Notes: generated from the sequence alone by a model not told the origin. Counted from the stretch's first letter, positions 1 through 8,888 are shown. The stretch is DNA of 64,000 nt from Microgenomates group bacterium (GCA_049303675.1 JBAQNJ010000001.1:600711-664710), one strand, 5' to 3'. Made by a program: numbers and translations.

Positions 1-175
1 TCAGATCCATCGCCGCCAGCATATGATCAAAATGGCCGTGAGTTGCCAGAATTACCAGTAATTTTAGCCCTCGTCTCTCTATCTCATCGCTAATTTCTGT
101 GGCCGCATCGGCTGGATCAATAATTACTGCCTCTTTTGATTCATCGTCCCACACCAGATAACAATTGGTTTCCAT
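1..175 (-). CDS. MBL-fold metallo-hydrolase (N-terminal part, gene continues beyond window start)
   Basis: Minus-strand translation from the ATG at 175: METNCYLVWDDESKEAVIIDPADAATEISDEIERRGLKLLVILATHGHFDHMLAAMDL. This matches the metallo-beta-lactamase fold N-terminus with the THGHFDH zinc motif; no stop codon before the window edge. Confidence 0.7.
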   Translation of the reverse strand, partial: METNCYLVWDDESKEAVIIDPADAATEISDEIERRGLKLLVILATHGHFDHMLAAMDL

Positions 176-275
176 CTCCCCCAACACCATCTTTTCGTAT
201 TTCAGCATTGCCTATTTTACCCTACTTTTTTACTTTTTACTTTTGTTTTTTATGTTTTTATTGTTATAATCAACT

Positions 276-848
276 ATGCCTTCACCAAATATCGCCCCAA
301 CTACTCGTCTTTTTGTTGGTGGTCTACCTTATCGAATTACCGAGGGAGAATTACTAGCCCTTTTCGCCACTTATGGCCGCATTGTTTCCCTCAAAATCAT
401 GCACACCAAATGGGGCAAGAGCCGGGGTATGGGCTTTGTTGAATTCGACAATTTAGATTCGGCTATCACTGCCAAGCAACAATTACACAATTACAAAATC
501 GCCGAAGATAGGACAATTATTGTCGACTATGCCGCCCCCGATCCGGTATTACACCCTGAATTAAGAATCAATAAAGATGAACCAGTCAAAAAGGAATTTA
601 CTACTCGAGATCCCTATACCAAGCAAAATCGTGGTACCAATAAATCTAAATCATCAAAAGTAGCTAGGTCCCCCTTTCTCAGTGCCCGCCGTAGCTTTAG
701 CGAAGGTGGGTCAAAGGGAGAAGCGGCGAAGCCGAGAGTGATTTTGAGAGGTAAGCCAAAATTTGGTTCTACTAGACAATCAGTCTTTGATTCTCAATCC
801 CATCACTCCCGTGTCGGTGCCAAGTTTGCCAAGAGGAAGAGTCGCTAA
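276..848 (+). CDS. RNA-binding protein with RRM domain and basic C-terminal tail
   Basis: LFVGGLPYRITEGELLALFATYGRIVSLKIMHTKWGKSRGMGFVEF contains the RNP2/RNP1 motifs of an RRM. TATAAT at ~263-268 lies 7 nt before the ATG, so the mRNA may be leaderless. Confidence 0.8.
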   Translation: MPSPNIAPTTRLFVGGLPYRITEGELLALFATYGRIVSLKIMHTKWGKSRGMGFVEFDNLDSAITAKQQLHNYKIAEDRTIIVDYAAPDPVLHPELRINKDEPVKKEFTTRDPYTKQNRGTNKSKSSKVARSPFLSARRSFSEGGSKGEAAKPRVILRGKPKFGSTRQSVFDSQSHHSRVGAKFAKRKSR

Positions 849-1069
849 TACTTTCTAAATATATTTAGCTTCACCAAGTTACCTCGATGGTTAGTCGCCA
901 AATTTTTGTCAACAACAAATGCCATTTTAATTTTATCAAGAGCATCATTCAACCTTACTAGCGCTACAGTTGCCGGAGAATCTGGAGAAGATGCTATATC
1001 CAAATCCCTTTCCGCACTTAATAAATATAGTGCACTTATTTGTATATTATCTGGTATTTCATAATCCAT
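845..1069 (-). CDS. hypothetical small protein (uncertain)
   Basis: 74-aa ORF filling the 256-bp gap between the RRM gene and dus; no recognisable domain. Confidence 0.25.
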   Translation of the reverse strand: MDYEIPDNIQISALYLLSAERDLDIASSPDSPATVALVRLNDALDKIKMAFVVDKNLATNHRGNLVKLNIFRKY

Positions 1070-1104
1070 GACGAAATATACACCAACATAGGTTATAATT
1101 CAAC

Positions 1105-2169
1105 ATGTCTTTTCGTGATTTTATCCATTCCCAAAAAATAATTGGCTTATCGCCCATGGACGGCATTACCGATTGTGCCTATCGTCAAACCCAGTGTTTT
1201 GTTAAGCAGCCCGATGTCATTTTCACCGAATTTGTCAGTGCCGAGGGAATTAGTCGCGGCGGGGTCAAGTTGTACGATCAACTTCTTTATGAAGCCAATG
1301 AGCGGCCTATTGTCGGTCAAATTTTTGGCAAGGATCCTCCGAGTTTTTACCGTTCCGCCATTATTTTATGCTACCTTGGTTTTGAGGGTATCGATATCAA
1401 CATGGGTTGCCCCGCCAAGACAGTTACTCAGCATGGCTCCGGCGCTGCCCTCATCGAAAAACCAGACATAGCTAGCCAGATTATCAACTCGACTCGGCAG
1501 GGGATTGATGATTATTTTTCCGGCAAAGTTTCTATCCTTGATATTGGTCTCAAACAGTCTTCATTAGATGTTATCCACCGTAATTTAACATTTAGTAATT
1601 ATTCCCCTCTTGTTAAAGAGGGGTTAGGGGAGATTGAAAAACCCACCCTCTCGGTCAAAACCCGCGTCGGTATCACCGAAAATGTAGTCAGTACTTGGAT
1701 TCCCCACCTTCTTTCCCACCATTTAGATTTTATTACCCTTCATGGCCGGACGCTAAAGCAGGGTTATTCAGGTTTAGCCGATTGGCAGGCCATTCGTCAG
1801 GCCACCGAACTGGCCCACCAATCAAAAACTCTATTGTGGGGCAATGGAGATATCGATAGTCTTGCCCTAGCTCATCAAAAAATCTCCGAATTTGGCGTTG
1901 ATGGAGTCCTCATTGGCCGCGCCAGTATGGGCAATCCCTGGGTATTTTCTGATACCATTCCCAGCCTTCAGGACAAATTTTCCCTGATGTGTTACCACGC
2001 TGATCAATTTTCTCGGATATTTCCTCACCGTCGTCTTGATCCCCTCCGCCATCATTTTATTCTCTATTGCAGCGGCCATCCCCGCGCCAAGCAACTACGG
2101 GAAAAGGTAATACGTCTCAACACCCTCGCGGAACTTTATGCCCTTGAAGAAGATTTTCTCACCTGCTAA
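1105..2169 (+). CDS. dus: tRNA-dihydrouridine synthase (Dus family)
   Basis: TIM-barrel Dus signature MGCPAKTVTQHGSGAALIEKPD and the overall 354-aa architecture. Confidence 0.85.
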   Translation: MSFRDFIHSQKIIGLSPMDGITDCAYRQTQCFVKQPDVIFTEFVSAEGISRGGVKLYDQLLYEANERPIVGQIFGKDPPSFYRSAIILCYLGFEGIDINMGCPAKTVTQHGSGAALIEKPDIASQIINSTRQGIDDYFSGKVSILDIGLKQSSLDVIHRNLTFSNYSPLVKEGLGEIEKPTLSVKTRVGITENVVSTWIPHLLSHHLDFITLHGRTLKQGYSGLADWQAIRQATELAHQSKTLLWGNGDIDSLALAHQKISEFGVDGVLIGRASMGNPWVFSDTIPSLQDKFSLMCYHADQFSRIFPHRRLDPLRHHFILYCSGHPRAKQLREKVIRLNTLAELYALEEDFLTC

Positions 2170-2179
2170 AGTTATCCGT

Positions 2180-2578
2180 ATGCCTACAAATCAAGCGGCC
2201 ACGCTTCTCTCCATCGAGTCCCTAATAAATAGCCATGACACCAAATTGTCGACCCTGCAAAAGGAGCTTAGCGTCCAAAAAGAAATGCTCAACAATATCC
2301 TCGAGAATGACGAGGAATACGGTAAAGTAGCGCAGGAGGCCGCCAAGTTGGCCAAACAAAAAACCATTGCCAAGCAAAAAGTCCTCCACACTCAAAATGG
2401 GGTCACTATCATGGAAAAAGTCAAAGAGTTGGCCAGCCAACAAAAAGAACTCAAAGTCGCTCTCTCTGATTATTTGTCCCAATATGTTAGTCTTTCGGGC
2501 ACCAATCAGTTTGAAGGTTCAGATGGCATTACCCGTCAAATTACTTTTAGCGCCAAATTAATTAAAAAACAAGATTAA
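2180..2578 (+). CDS. hypothetical coiled-coil protein
   Basis: ORF 2138..2578. The internal ATG at 2180 (MPTNQ...) avoids overlapping the dus 3' end. Lys/Glu/Gln-rich and predicted coiled-coil. Confidence 0.45.
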   Translation: MPTNQAATLLSIESLINSHDTKLSTLQKELSVQKEMLNNILENDEEYGKVAQEAAKLAKQKTIAKQKVLHTQNGVTIMEKVKELASQQKELKVALSDYLSQYVSLSGTNQFEGSDGITRQITFSAKLIKKQD

Positions 2579-2587
2579 TAAACCACG

Positions 2588-2610
2588 TCATTCCCGCGAA
2601 GGCGGGAATC
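2588..2610 (+). terminator. hairpin ATTCCCGCGAAGGCGGGAAT after the stop codon of the upstream gene
   Basis: Perfect 8-bp inverted repeat with a GAAG loop, 10 nt after the stop at 2578. No U-tract follows on the + strand, so terminator function is uncertain. Confidence 0.3.
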
Positions 2611-2625
2611 CATATCAAAAAAATT

Positions 2626-2934
2626 ATGTTAACTGTTACTGGTACAAAAACAAATTTTGACTCCGAAGTGCTCAAATTTAAAGGCAAGGTAATTGTCGAC
2701 TTTTGGGCGGCTTGGTGTGGTCCCTGTCTGATGCTCGCCCCAGTTCTCGAAGAAATTGCAGCTGATTATCCCGATATCAAACTCGTCAAAGTTGATGTCG
2801 ATTCAGAGGGTTCACTCGCCACTCAATACAATGTCACCAGTATTCCCAACGTCGTCATTTTTGATCATGGCCAAGTCGTCTCCTCCATTGTCGGTTTCCA
2901 CCAGAAACAAGATTATTTGAACAAATTGAAGTAA
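2626..2934 (+). CDS. trxA: thioredoxin
   Basis: WCGPC active site in VIVDFWAAWCGPC; 102 aa. Confidence 0.9.
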   Translation: MLTVTGTKTNFDSEVLKFKGKVIVDFWAAWCGPCLMLAPVLEEIAADYPDIKLVKVDVDSEGSLATQYNVTSIPNVVIFDHGQVVSSIVGFHQKQDYLNKLK

Positions 2935-3008
2935 ACTACCCTATTATTTTTTTTCATTTCTAAATTAGAAATTGATTAAAAATTAAAAATTGTAAATTAA
3001 AAATTAAT

Positions 3009-4004
3009 GTGGTTTTCCCCAAAATTAAGGCATATTTAGAATCAACCTCCGAGCCAGCTTTTCGTTATCGTCAAATAGTCAAAAATTATTATAGCGGTCG
3101 TTATACTAGTTTTTCGGAAATGACTGATTTGTCCCTAGCCCTACGCACTAGTTTAGACTCCCAGTTTCCCCTGTCATCAGTCAAACTCGATAAAATGTTG
3201 TCCGACCAGTTTGCCCAAAAAGCTCTTCTGACTCTTGCTGACGGTCTCAAAATTGAGACCGTCCTGATGGATTATGGGCAGTGGCGCACTGCCTGTATTA
3301 GTACTCAGGTGGGTTGCCCCCTTGGTTGTGTTTTTTGTGCCACTGGCAAAATGGGACTCAAACGTAATCTAACTGTCGATGAAATCGTCGATCAAGTTCT
3401 ATTTTGGAAATCCCCCCTTGTTAAAGGGGGGATTAAGGGGGGATTGAGAATTGTCTTCATGGGCATGGGCGAGCCATTTCTCAATTGGGACAATCTCATC
3501 AAATCTTTAGACATAATCAATCACGATCTGGTCATTGGCGCGCGCAAGATTAGCATTTCCACTGCTGGAGTCGCTCCCCGTATCATTGATTTCGCCAATC
3601 TCGACACCGATTACAATCTAGCCATTTCCCTCCATAGCGCCGACCAAGCCACTCGAGAAAAAATGATGCCTATCGCTCGTCAATATAGTTTGGACGAGTT
3701 ACAAAAAGCACTCGACTATTATACAAACAAGACCAGAAGACAGGTATTTTTTGAATATTTGTTAGCCCAAGATATCAATGACTCCGATTATCATCTCGAT
3801 TTATTGATCGATTTTATTAAGAGCAATAATTTATTTTATTTAAATCTTATTCCTCTCAATCCCATCAAGGGTGGACTAATTCCTTCAAATAAACTTGATC
3901 ATTGGCAAGACGTTCTTACTCGAAAACATGTCTATTTTTCGGTCCGCCACAGTATTGGCCAATCCATCAATTCCGCCTGTGGACAGCTTATTGTCGAAAA
4001 ATAG
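3009..4004 (+). CDS. rlmN: radical SAM 23S rRNA/tRNA adenine C2-methyltransferase RlmN
   Basis: CxxxCxxC radical SAM motif in ISTQVGCPLGCVFCATG, followed by FMGMGEP; likely GTG start. Contains repeat copy A in-frame (3411-3448). Confidence 0.85.
   Translation: MVFPKIKAYLESTSEPAFRYRQIVKNYYSGRYTSFSEMTDLSLALRTSLDSQFPLSSVKLDKMLSDQFAQKALLTLADGLKIETVLMDYGQWRTACISTQVGCPLGCVFCATGKMGLKRNLTVDEIVDQVLFWKSPLVKGGIKGGLRIVFMGMGEPFLNWDNLIKSLDIINHDLVIGARKISISTAGVAPRIIDFANLDTDYNLAISLHSADQATREKMMPIARQYSLDELQKALDYYTNKTRRQVFFEYLLAQDINDSDYHLDLLIDFIKSNNLFYLNLIPLNPIKGGLIPSNKLDHWQDVLTRKHVYFSVRHSIGQSINSACGQLIVEK
3411..3448 (+). repeat. palindromic repeat copy A (TCCCCCCTTGTTAAAGGGGGGATTAAGGGGGGATTGAG), in-frame within rlmN
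   Basis: 8-bp stem with GTTA loop followed by a GGGATTG box; encodes SPLVKGGIKGGLR. Same family as the copies at 7864, 8841, 27876, 32736, 34409 and 43741. Confidence 0.85.
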
Positions 4005-4059
4005 GATATAATCAAATGACTTTACAACTTTCAACTTTACAAACTTTACAAACTAACCC

Positions 4060-5007
4060 ATGTTAATCGATGAAGTCGAAATCACAGTTCAGGCCGGCAA
4101 AGGCGGGGATGGTCTAGTCCATTTCTATACCGATCGCTGGCGACCCAAGGGTGGCCCCGACGGTGGCAATGGCGGCGATGGTGGCGACGTCTATTTTCGC
4201 GCCGTCTCCGACATTAGCCGTCTCCATCAATTTCGTCATCAAAAAGATTTCGAGGCCGAGGATGGTGGCAAGGGTGGCCCCAACAATTGTACTGGCAAAA
4301 ACGGCACCGACCTATATTTAGATATTCCCTATGGTTCGGTGGTTATTTACGATAATGGTACCGAATTTGAGCTAGATACTGTCGGCCAAACAGTTCTGGC
4401 TACCAGGGGTGGTCATGGTGGTCGGGGCAATCACCATTATCGTAGTAGCACCAATCAACAGCCCCACGAACACACTCTCGGTTTCCAGCCTCCAGTCAAA
4501 CGTATTCATATCAAGTTAAAATTAATTGCCGATATTGGTTTAATTGGATTACCCAACGCTGGTAAAACCTCATTGTTAAATGAGCTAACCTCAGCCAATG
4601 CCCAAGTCGCCAACTATGCCTTCACCACTCTCGAGCCAAACCTCGGCGTCATGCCCAGCGGTCAAATTATTGCCGATATCCCAGGGTTAATCGAGGGTGC
4701 CGCAGATGGTAAAGGTTTGGGCTACAAATTTCTCAAACACATTGAGCGCACCAAAATTCTAGTACACTGTGTTAGTGCCGAATCCTCCGATCCTTTGGCT
4801 GATTATCAGGTAGTTCGTCAAGAGCTCAGAAATTATAGTACTACTCTCGACGAAAAACCGGAAATAATTGTCCTCACCAAATCCGATTTATTAGATGATA
4901 AGCAAATAAAAACAGTTTCTAAAAAAATCAAAGCCGTTCTCGCCACCAGTATCGCCGACGACAACAGTTTAAAGAATCTCTCCGACCTGATTTCAAAATC
5001 ACTCTAG
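4060..5007 (+). CDS. obg: GTPase Obg/CgtA
   Basis: Glycine-rich Obg fold (GKGGDGLVHF, GGNGGDGGDV) followed by a GTPase domain with the G1 motif GLPNAGKTSLL. Confidence 0.9.
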   Translation: MLIDEVEITVQAGKGGDGLVHFYTDRWRPKGGPDGGNGGDGGDVYFRAVSDISRLHQFRHQKDFEAEDGGKGGPNNCTGKNGTDLYLDIPYGSVVIYDNGTEFELDTVGQTVLATRGGHGGRGNHHYRSSTNQQPHEHTLGFQPPVKRIHIKLKLIADIGLIGLPNAGKTSLLNELTSANAQVANYAFTTLEPNLGVMPSGQIIADIPGLIEGAADGKGLGYKFLKHIERTKILVHCVSAESSDPLADYQVVRQELRNYSTTLDEKPEIIVLTKSDLLDDKQIKTVSKKIKAVLATSIADDNSLKNLSDLISKSL

Positions 5008-5040
5008 TTTTTATTTTTTACTTTTGTGTTTTGTCTTTCC

Positions 5041-5469
5041 CTAGGCCAGTGCTTTCTTCAATTTTTCCCAATCTTTTTTGAGATACCCCACAATTTTCTC
5101 GGCGCCGCTTTTCGAGGATCTAAAATCATCCTTAAATTCAGCTACTACATCATCTACCACTTTAGCGTATTTATCTTTATCGATATTTTCGCCGGCGGTC
5201 CGTAGAGTGGCTACCTTGCCCACTACTGCATTTTTTACTTGATTATATTTATCGGTAGCTTCTTCCGTGGCCTTACCAAATACATCTTTCACCCTCTCTT
5301 TGGTTTCGTTGGTCTCTGTCTTAATTCGCTTACTAATATCCGCTGCCAGTCTGGCTATATCCTGTCTCGTTTCTTTACCTGATTTGGGTGCTAGGAGTAG
5401 TCCGCCCACTGCCCCCGCCAAAGCCCCAATTAATCCAGCCAAGAAAAATCCACTTTTATTTTTAGACAT
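5041..5469 (-). CDS. YtxH-domain (general stress-like) protein
   Basis: N-terminal TM/glycine zipper LAGLIGALAGAVGGLLLAPKSGKETRQ, typical of the YtxH family (DUF948 tentatively), then a charged coiled-coil tail. Confidence 0.6.
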   Translation of the reverse strand: MSKNKSGFFLAGLIGALAGAVGGLLLAPKSGKETRQDIARLAADISKRIKTETNETKERVKDVFGKATEEATDKYNQVKNAVVGKVATLRTAGENIDKDKYAKVVDDVVAEFKDDFRSSKSGAEKIVGYLKKDWEKLKKALA

Positions 5470-5549
5470 TAAATTAATTAAATATTAATATCTGAGTCTA
5501 TATACTTTCCCCCAATCTGTCAATCTCATCCGTTTTTACTTTTGTCTTT

Positions 5550-5876
5550 TTATTTTTGTTTTTCCCCAACCTTTAAAATCTTTTTTATCACAATAAAAAC
5601 CAAAATAGCAATAATTAAAAAGTTGATGGACGCTCCGAGAAAGTTACCTATCTTAAAATCTGATCCAGCTATAGTCAGCACCATTTCTCGCCAGCTACCG
5701 CTCGGGGAGATTATCCCAATTATTGGCATAATCATATCATTGACGATAGATGTTACTAGGTCTTTGGCGGCTCCACCAATTACTACCCCCAGCGCCAGCT
5801 CCATCACATTATAATTTTTCAAAAATTCCCAAAATTCACCAATCTTTTTACTTTTCTTCACACCCCATTTTAACAT
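5550..5876 (-). CDS. mscL: large-conductance mechanosensitive channel MscL
   Basis: EFWEFLKNYNVMELALGVVIGGAAKDLVTSIVNDMIMPIIG matches the MscL TM1 consensus; 108 aa with two TM segments. Confidence 0.85.
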   Translation of the reverse strand: MLKWGVKKSKKIGEFWEFLKNYNVMELALGVVIGGAAKDLVTSIVNDMIMPIIGIISPSGSWREMVLTIAGSDFKIGNFLGASINFLIIAILVFIVIKKILKVGEKQK

Positions 5877-5903
5877 TAATCATTGGTGTATAATCTGCTT
5901 AAT

Positions 5904-6173
5904 ATGGATAGATTGTTAGAATATGATCCAGAAATACATGCCGGTATCATTAGATATGCCGGTAGGGACGTTTTAGTTGAGAAATGTAATGCCCATATGG
6001 TACCGGCTCTTCCCAATCAGCAGCAAATTATCAGTTTGACTAGATCATCTATTGATTTTGTCAGTGGATCTGATCAATTTGACAGTACTCAATACGAGCC
6101 TAACGAATTAAGGCGGATCATCGGTGGGTACGAAGCTGGTCTAAAATTACTTAAACCGCCAGAAGCCAAATAA
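5904..6173 (+). CDS. hypothetical protein
   Basis: ORF 5883..6173. The ATG at 5904 (MDRLLEY...) lies 10 nt downstream of an extended -10 (TGTATAAT at 5887-5894), so it may be leaderless. No recognisable domain. Confidence 0.35.
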   Translation: MDRLLEYDPEIHAGIIRYAGRDVLVEKCNAHMVPALPNQQQIISLTRSSIDFVSGSDQFDSTQYEPNELRRIIGGYEAGLKLLKPPEAK

Positions 6174-6295
6174 ATTCTTCTGTGTTATTCCCATTTTATT
6201 TTTTAACTTTTGAATTTTAACTTTATCAAAAATAATAAAGTATTTTTGATAGCTTGCCAGTCCGTAGTTTTAGCGTAGGATGTGGAATTGTTTCG

Positions 6296-6385
6296 TCCCG
6301 CAGCGGCGGGACTCATCAGGTCCGAAAGCTTTCGGACTACAATTCACTAAGCTCTCCAACGCCGGTGAGGGGAAAACCCCTCACC
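6296..6385. other. three consecutive perfect hairpins in a convergent intergenic region (candidate structured RNA or terminator cluster)
   Basis: GTCCCGCagcgGCGGGAC (6296-6313), GTCCGAAAGCTTTCGGAC (6320-6337) and GGTGAGGGGaaaaCCCCTCACC (6364-6385), with no flanking U-tracts. Confidence 0.35.
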
Positions 6386-6417
6386 ATTGTCGAAAAGCTC
6401 AGCGCTTGGATTAGGAA

Positions 6418-7149
6418 TTAATTATTTTCAGAGTATGGGTATGAACAGTAGACCGCATTTGGATGGTCTTTATGATCATCTCTGTCTACTTCAATATAAT
6501 GATCCCAATGATTGGTATTTACATTAATCCGGTCAGGGTCAATATTGAAATATGGCACTGGCAGGTTCAGGTGTGACACTGTGCCATCTGGATCAGCAAA
6601 AATGGCCCATTTGCTATCATTCACATAGATCGCAGAACCCCATGAGCCAGCGTTAATATCATCAGTGTTAAATGTGAGTTGCATGCCATTTTCATTGCAT
6701 GAAAGTGTTCTCAACGATGATGTCACTTTAGGCGTGGTAAGCGATTCGTAGTAAGAAAATACTTGAGTCACACCATCGCTCCCTGATCCTCCATCAACAT
6801 TTACAGTCGCACGGTAAAGCCCAGATTGATGGGTTGACCACTCTGCTGTGATTTCGGTGCCAGGTGAAAGCTTGTAGTAGGCAGTGTCTTTGTTCATATA
6901 TAAGACAGTTCTCCACTCCAACCCTTCTGGATTGAGATTGACTTTGTTCCTGTTGACATCGGCATTTTGGGCGACGTAATCTATTCCAAAGGTTACCTTT
7001 GCTTCATCCTCGGTGCTATTCGTAATAGTCAGTCGACAGATGTCGTCTGAACAGACCAAAGTCGCATCTGCAGGTTTAGCGCCACAGGCTGCGAGAAGCA
7101 CACTTGCAATTATCATAGCGGAAAAAACAAACCAAAAATTCTTTTTCAT
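6418..7149 (-). CDS. hypothetical lipoprotein (secreted)
   Basis: Signal peptide with lipobox: MKKNFWFVFSAMIIASVLLAAC-GAK; Asp/Asn/Thr-rich mature protein. Confidence 0.6.
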   Translation of the reverse strand: MKKNFWFVFSAMIIASVLLAACGAKPADATLVCSDDICRLTITNSTEDEAKVTFGIDYVAQNADVNRNKVNLNPEGLEWRTVLYMNKDTAYYKLSPGTEITAEWSTHQSGLYRATVNVDGGSGSDGVTQVFSYYESLTTPKVTSSLRTLSCNENGMQLTFNTDDINAGSWGSAIYVNDSKWAIFADPDGTVSHLNLPVPYFNIDPDRINVNTNHWDHYIEVDRDDHKDHPNAVYCSYPYSENN

Positions 7150-7215
7150 TTCATTCTCCTATTCAATTCAAATCATTTCTTCAAAGCGATCGCGCCTTGA
7201 AGTCAAATTTCACAA

Positions 7216-7665
7216 CTATTTCGACAATTTGTTTATGGTCGTATCCGGCCCGTGTCTAACATATTCATAACTGCCCAAATCAGTTTCAAAGCTGACGGAT
7301 AATTTTGAATAATCAAACACGTCCAAGCTGGAAATTGATTTGACGGTCCCAAATTCAGGAGGAACTCTAAACTTGTCAAATTCAAACCCAGATTGAGACA
7401 AAACGTATACATACTGCTCGCCGTCAACATTCACGACTATCGCAACGTGAGTTGAGAGATAATACTCCCAACTAAATTTCGCCCCTTTGGCCAAATCATT
7501 CACATTTACCGAAACCAGATTATGTCCTCCAACGGAGTACTTAATTGTTTCGGTTCCAAAAACGATTTGGTTTGTTTGCACAGTAGCGGCATCAGTAGTA
7601 ACTGCCGGTGTGCTATTCAAACAGAACAGAATTGCAATAAAAATGCATACCATCTGTGTTCTCAC
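7216..7665 (-). CDS. hypothetical secreted protein
   Basis: N-terminal signal peptide MRTQMVCIFIAILFCLNSTPAVT; no recognisable domain. Confidence 0.5.
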   Translation of the reverse strand: MRTQMVCIFIAILFCLNSTPAVTTDAATVQTNQIVFGTETIKYSVGGHNLVSVNVNDLAKGAKFSWEYYLSTHVAIVVNVDGEQYVYVLSQSGFEFDKFRVPPEFGTVKSISSLDVFDYSKLSVSFETDLGSYEYVRHGPDTTINKLSK

Positions 7666-7863
7666 TGCTCTTCTCCTTTTGGGCTTTTATATTAGAAAAT
7701 AACGAATGTTATTTTTACTAATTCAAAAGCCCAAAATTAATTCCTATCCAAATTTTTAATGTACTGAATAACCGTTATTCCACAGCTTTTGTGTTGTCTG
7801 ATTATTCAGACCTATAATATCATATATTGTATATAAAATCAAGCAAAAAACCAAAACTTATGG

Positions 7864-7897
7864 TCTCCCTTGTTAAAGGGAGATTTAGAGGGATTGG
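7864..7897 (+). repeat. palindromic repeat copy B (TCTCCCTTGTTAAAGGGAGATTTAGAGGGATTGG)
   Basis: Ends 1 nt before the era stop codon (7898-7900, minus strand). Perfect 8-bp stem TCTCCCTT/AAGGGAGA with GTTA loop. Confidence 0.85.
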
Positions 7898-8800
7898 TTA
7901 GTTATTATACGTTCTTTCCATCCAGTGTTTATCGATCTCGACCGTCAAATCCAAAAACACTTTTCGACTCGACATTAGCTCTAGTTCTTTACGCGCATTG
8001 AATCCAATTTCTCTAATTTTTTTACCATTCTTACCAATAATCATTTTCTTGTATCTATCAGCATTAGTAAAAATTATCGCTTTAATATATATTAGTTTTC
8101 CCTTATCTTTCACCTCTTTCACCTCAACATTGATAGTATAGGGCAGCTCTTCTCTCAAAAACAAATATGCCTTTTCTCGAATAATTTCTGACACATACTC
8201 TTTTGACCCCATACCCATCAACGGCCCACCCTTATTATCTGCCATCACTCCCAGCTCATCCTTGATCTCTTTTTCCGTTACTTCCGGCAAAAAATCAAAT
8301 ATAATATTCAGTAGTCCTTTGATATTTTTCTCTTTAATGGCGCTAGTAGTAATTACTTTATCAAACTCATCTTCCAAATAATTATATTCTGCCAAGTGAT
8401 CCTTGCTCCCAATGGCCTTGTCCATCTTGTTATAGACCAATATTTTTTTAGAGGGCATTTTTCGTACTAGCCCAATTACCTTATTTTCTTCCTCAGTTTT
8501 TTCCCGAGAGATATCCACCATGCAGACCACCACATCTTTTCTGGCTGTTGACTTGGGGGCTTCCAAATTAATATTTTTAGACATCAAATCTTCCACCTTG
8601 CCAATGATCCCTGGGGTATCAGTAAACACTATTACCCCTCGTTCATCTCGGAATACCACCTGACTACTCTTACGGGTGGTTTGGGGTAGGGGAGAGGTGA
8701 TGGCCACTTTTTGGTTCATCAGAGCATTGAGCATCGTTGATTTACCGGTATTAGGCCTACCTACTATCGCCACCCTTCCAAATTTCAACATATTTATCAT
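7898..8800 (-). CDS. era: GTPase Era
   Basis: G1 motif VAIVGRPNTGKSTMLNAL, DTPG, NKMD; C-terminal KH domain. Confidence 0.9.
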   Translation of the reverse strand: MINMLKFGRVAIVGRPNTGKSTMLNALMNQKVAITSPLPQTTRKSSQVVFRDERGVIVFTDTPGIIGKVEDLMSKNINLEAPKSTARKDVVVCMVDISREKTEEENKVIGLVRKMPSKKILVYNKMDKAIGSKDHLAEYNYLEDEFDKVITTSAIKEKNIKGLLNIIFDFLPEVTEKEIKDELGVMADNKGGPLMGMGSKEYVSEIIREKAYLFLREELPYTINVEVKEVKDKGKLIYIKAIIFTNADRYKKMIIGKNGKKIREIGFNARKELELMSSRKVFLDLTVEIDKHWMERTYNN

Positions 8801-8840
8801 TAGTGGTATTTTAACCTATATCTCAGATAAATGTGCACTA

Positions 8841-8888
8841 CCTCCCCTGTTAAGGGGAGGTGTGAGCAAAGCGAGCGGAGGGATTGAA
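8841..8888 (+). repeat. palindromic repeat copy C, long form (CCTCCCCTGTTAAGGGGAGG-tgtgagcaaagcgagcgg-AGGGATTGAA)
   Basis: Same stem-loop and GGGATTG box as the other copies, with an ~18-nt insert; lies in the era/lon divergent intergenic region. Confidence 0.8.

Noticed and set aside
1142-1471. Internal, antisense or alternate-frame ORFs inside long conserved genes (e.g. 1142..1471 in dus, 9456..9638 and 10207..10542 in lon, 15269..15457 in argS, 28352..28552 in comM, 33289..33675 in uvrA, 46145..46576 and 47369..47719 in secA, 58382..58753 in ftsE)
   Set aside because: They are fully embedded in well-supported genes on another frame or strand, have biased composition (Ser/Pro/Leu-rich) and show no domain signal, so they are treated as frame shadows.
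2941-3008. AT-rich repeats (AAATTAAAAATTGTAAATTAAAAATTAATG) upstream of rlmN as a regulatory repeat
   Set aside because: Simple low-complexity A/T sequence typical of intergenic DNA in this genome, with no defined periodic unit.
3411-3448. Interpreting the SPLVKGG-encoding segments of rlmN and uvrA as ordinary conserved coding sequence
   Set aside because: The same 34-38 nt DNA, including synonymous positions and the non-coding GGGATTG tail, recurs in five intergenic sites. Shared nucleotide identity across unrelated genes and non-coding DNA indicates a DNA-level repeat, not protein-level conservation.
6260-6400. Identity of the three-hairpin region as SRP RNA, tmRNA, RNase P RNA or a group II intron domain V
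   Set aside because: The CAGGTCCGAAAG stretch superficially resembles the SRP domain IV (CAGGUCCGGAAGGAAGCAGC), but the conserved AGCAGCC is absent. There is no tRNA-like end or tag ORF for tmRNA, no P4 GGAAAGUCCGG for RNase P, and no AGC triad for domain V. It is reported only as an unassigned structured region.
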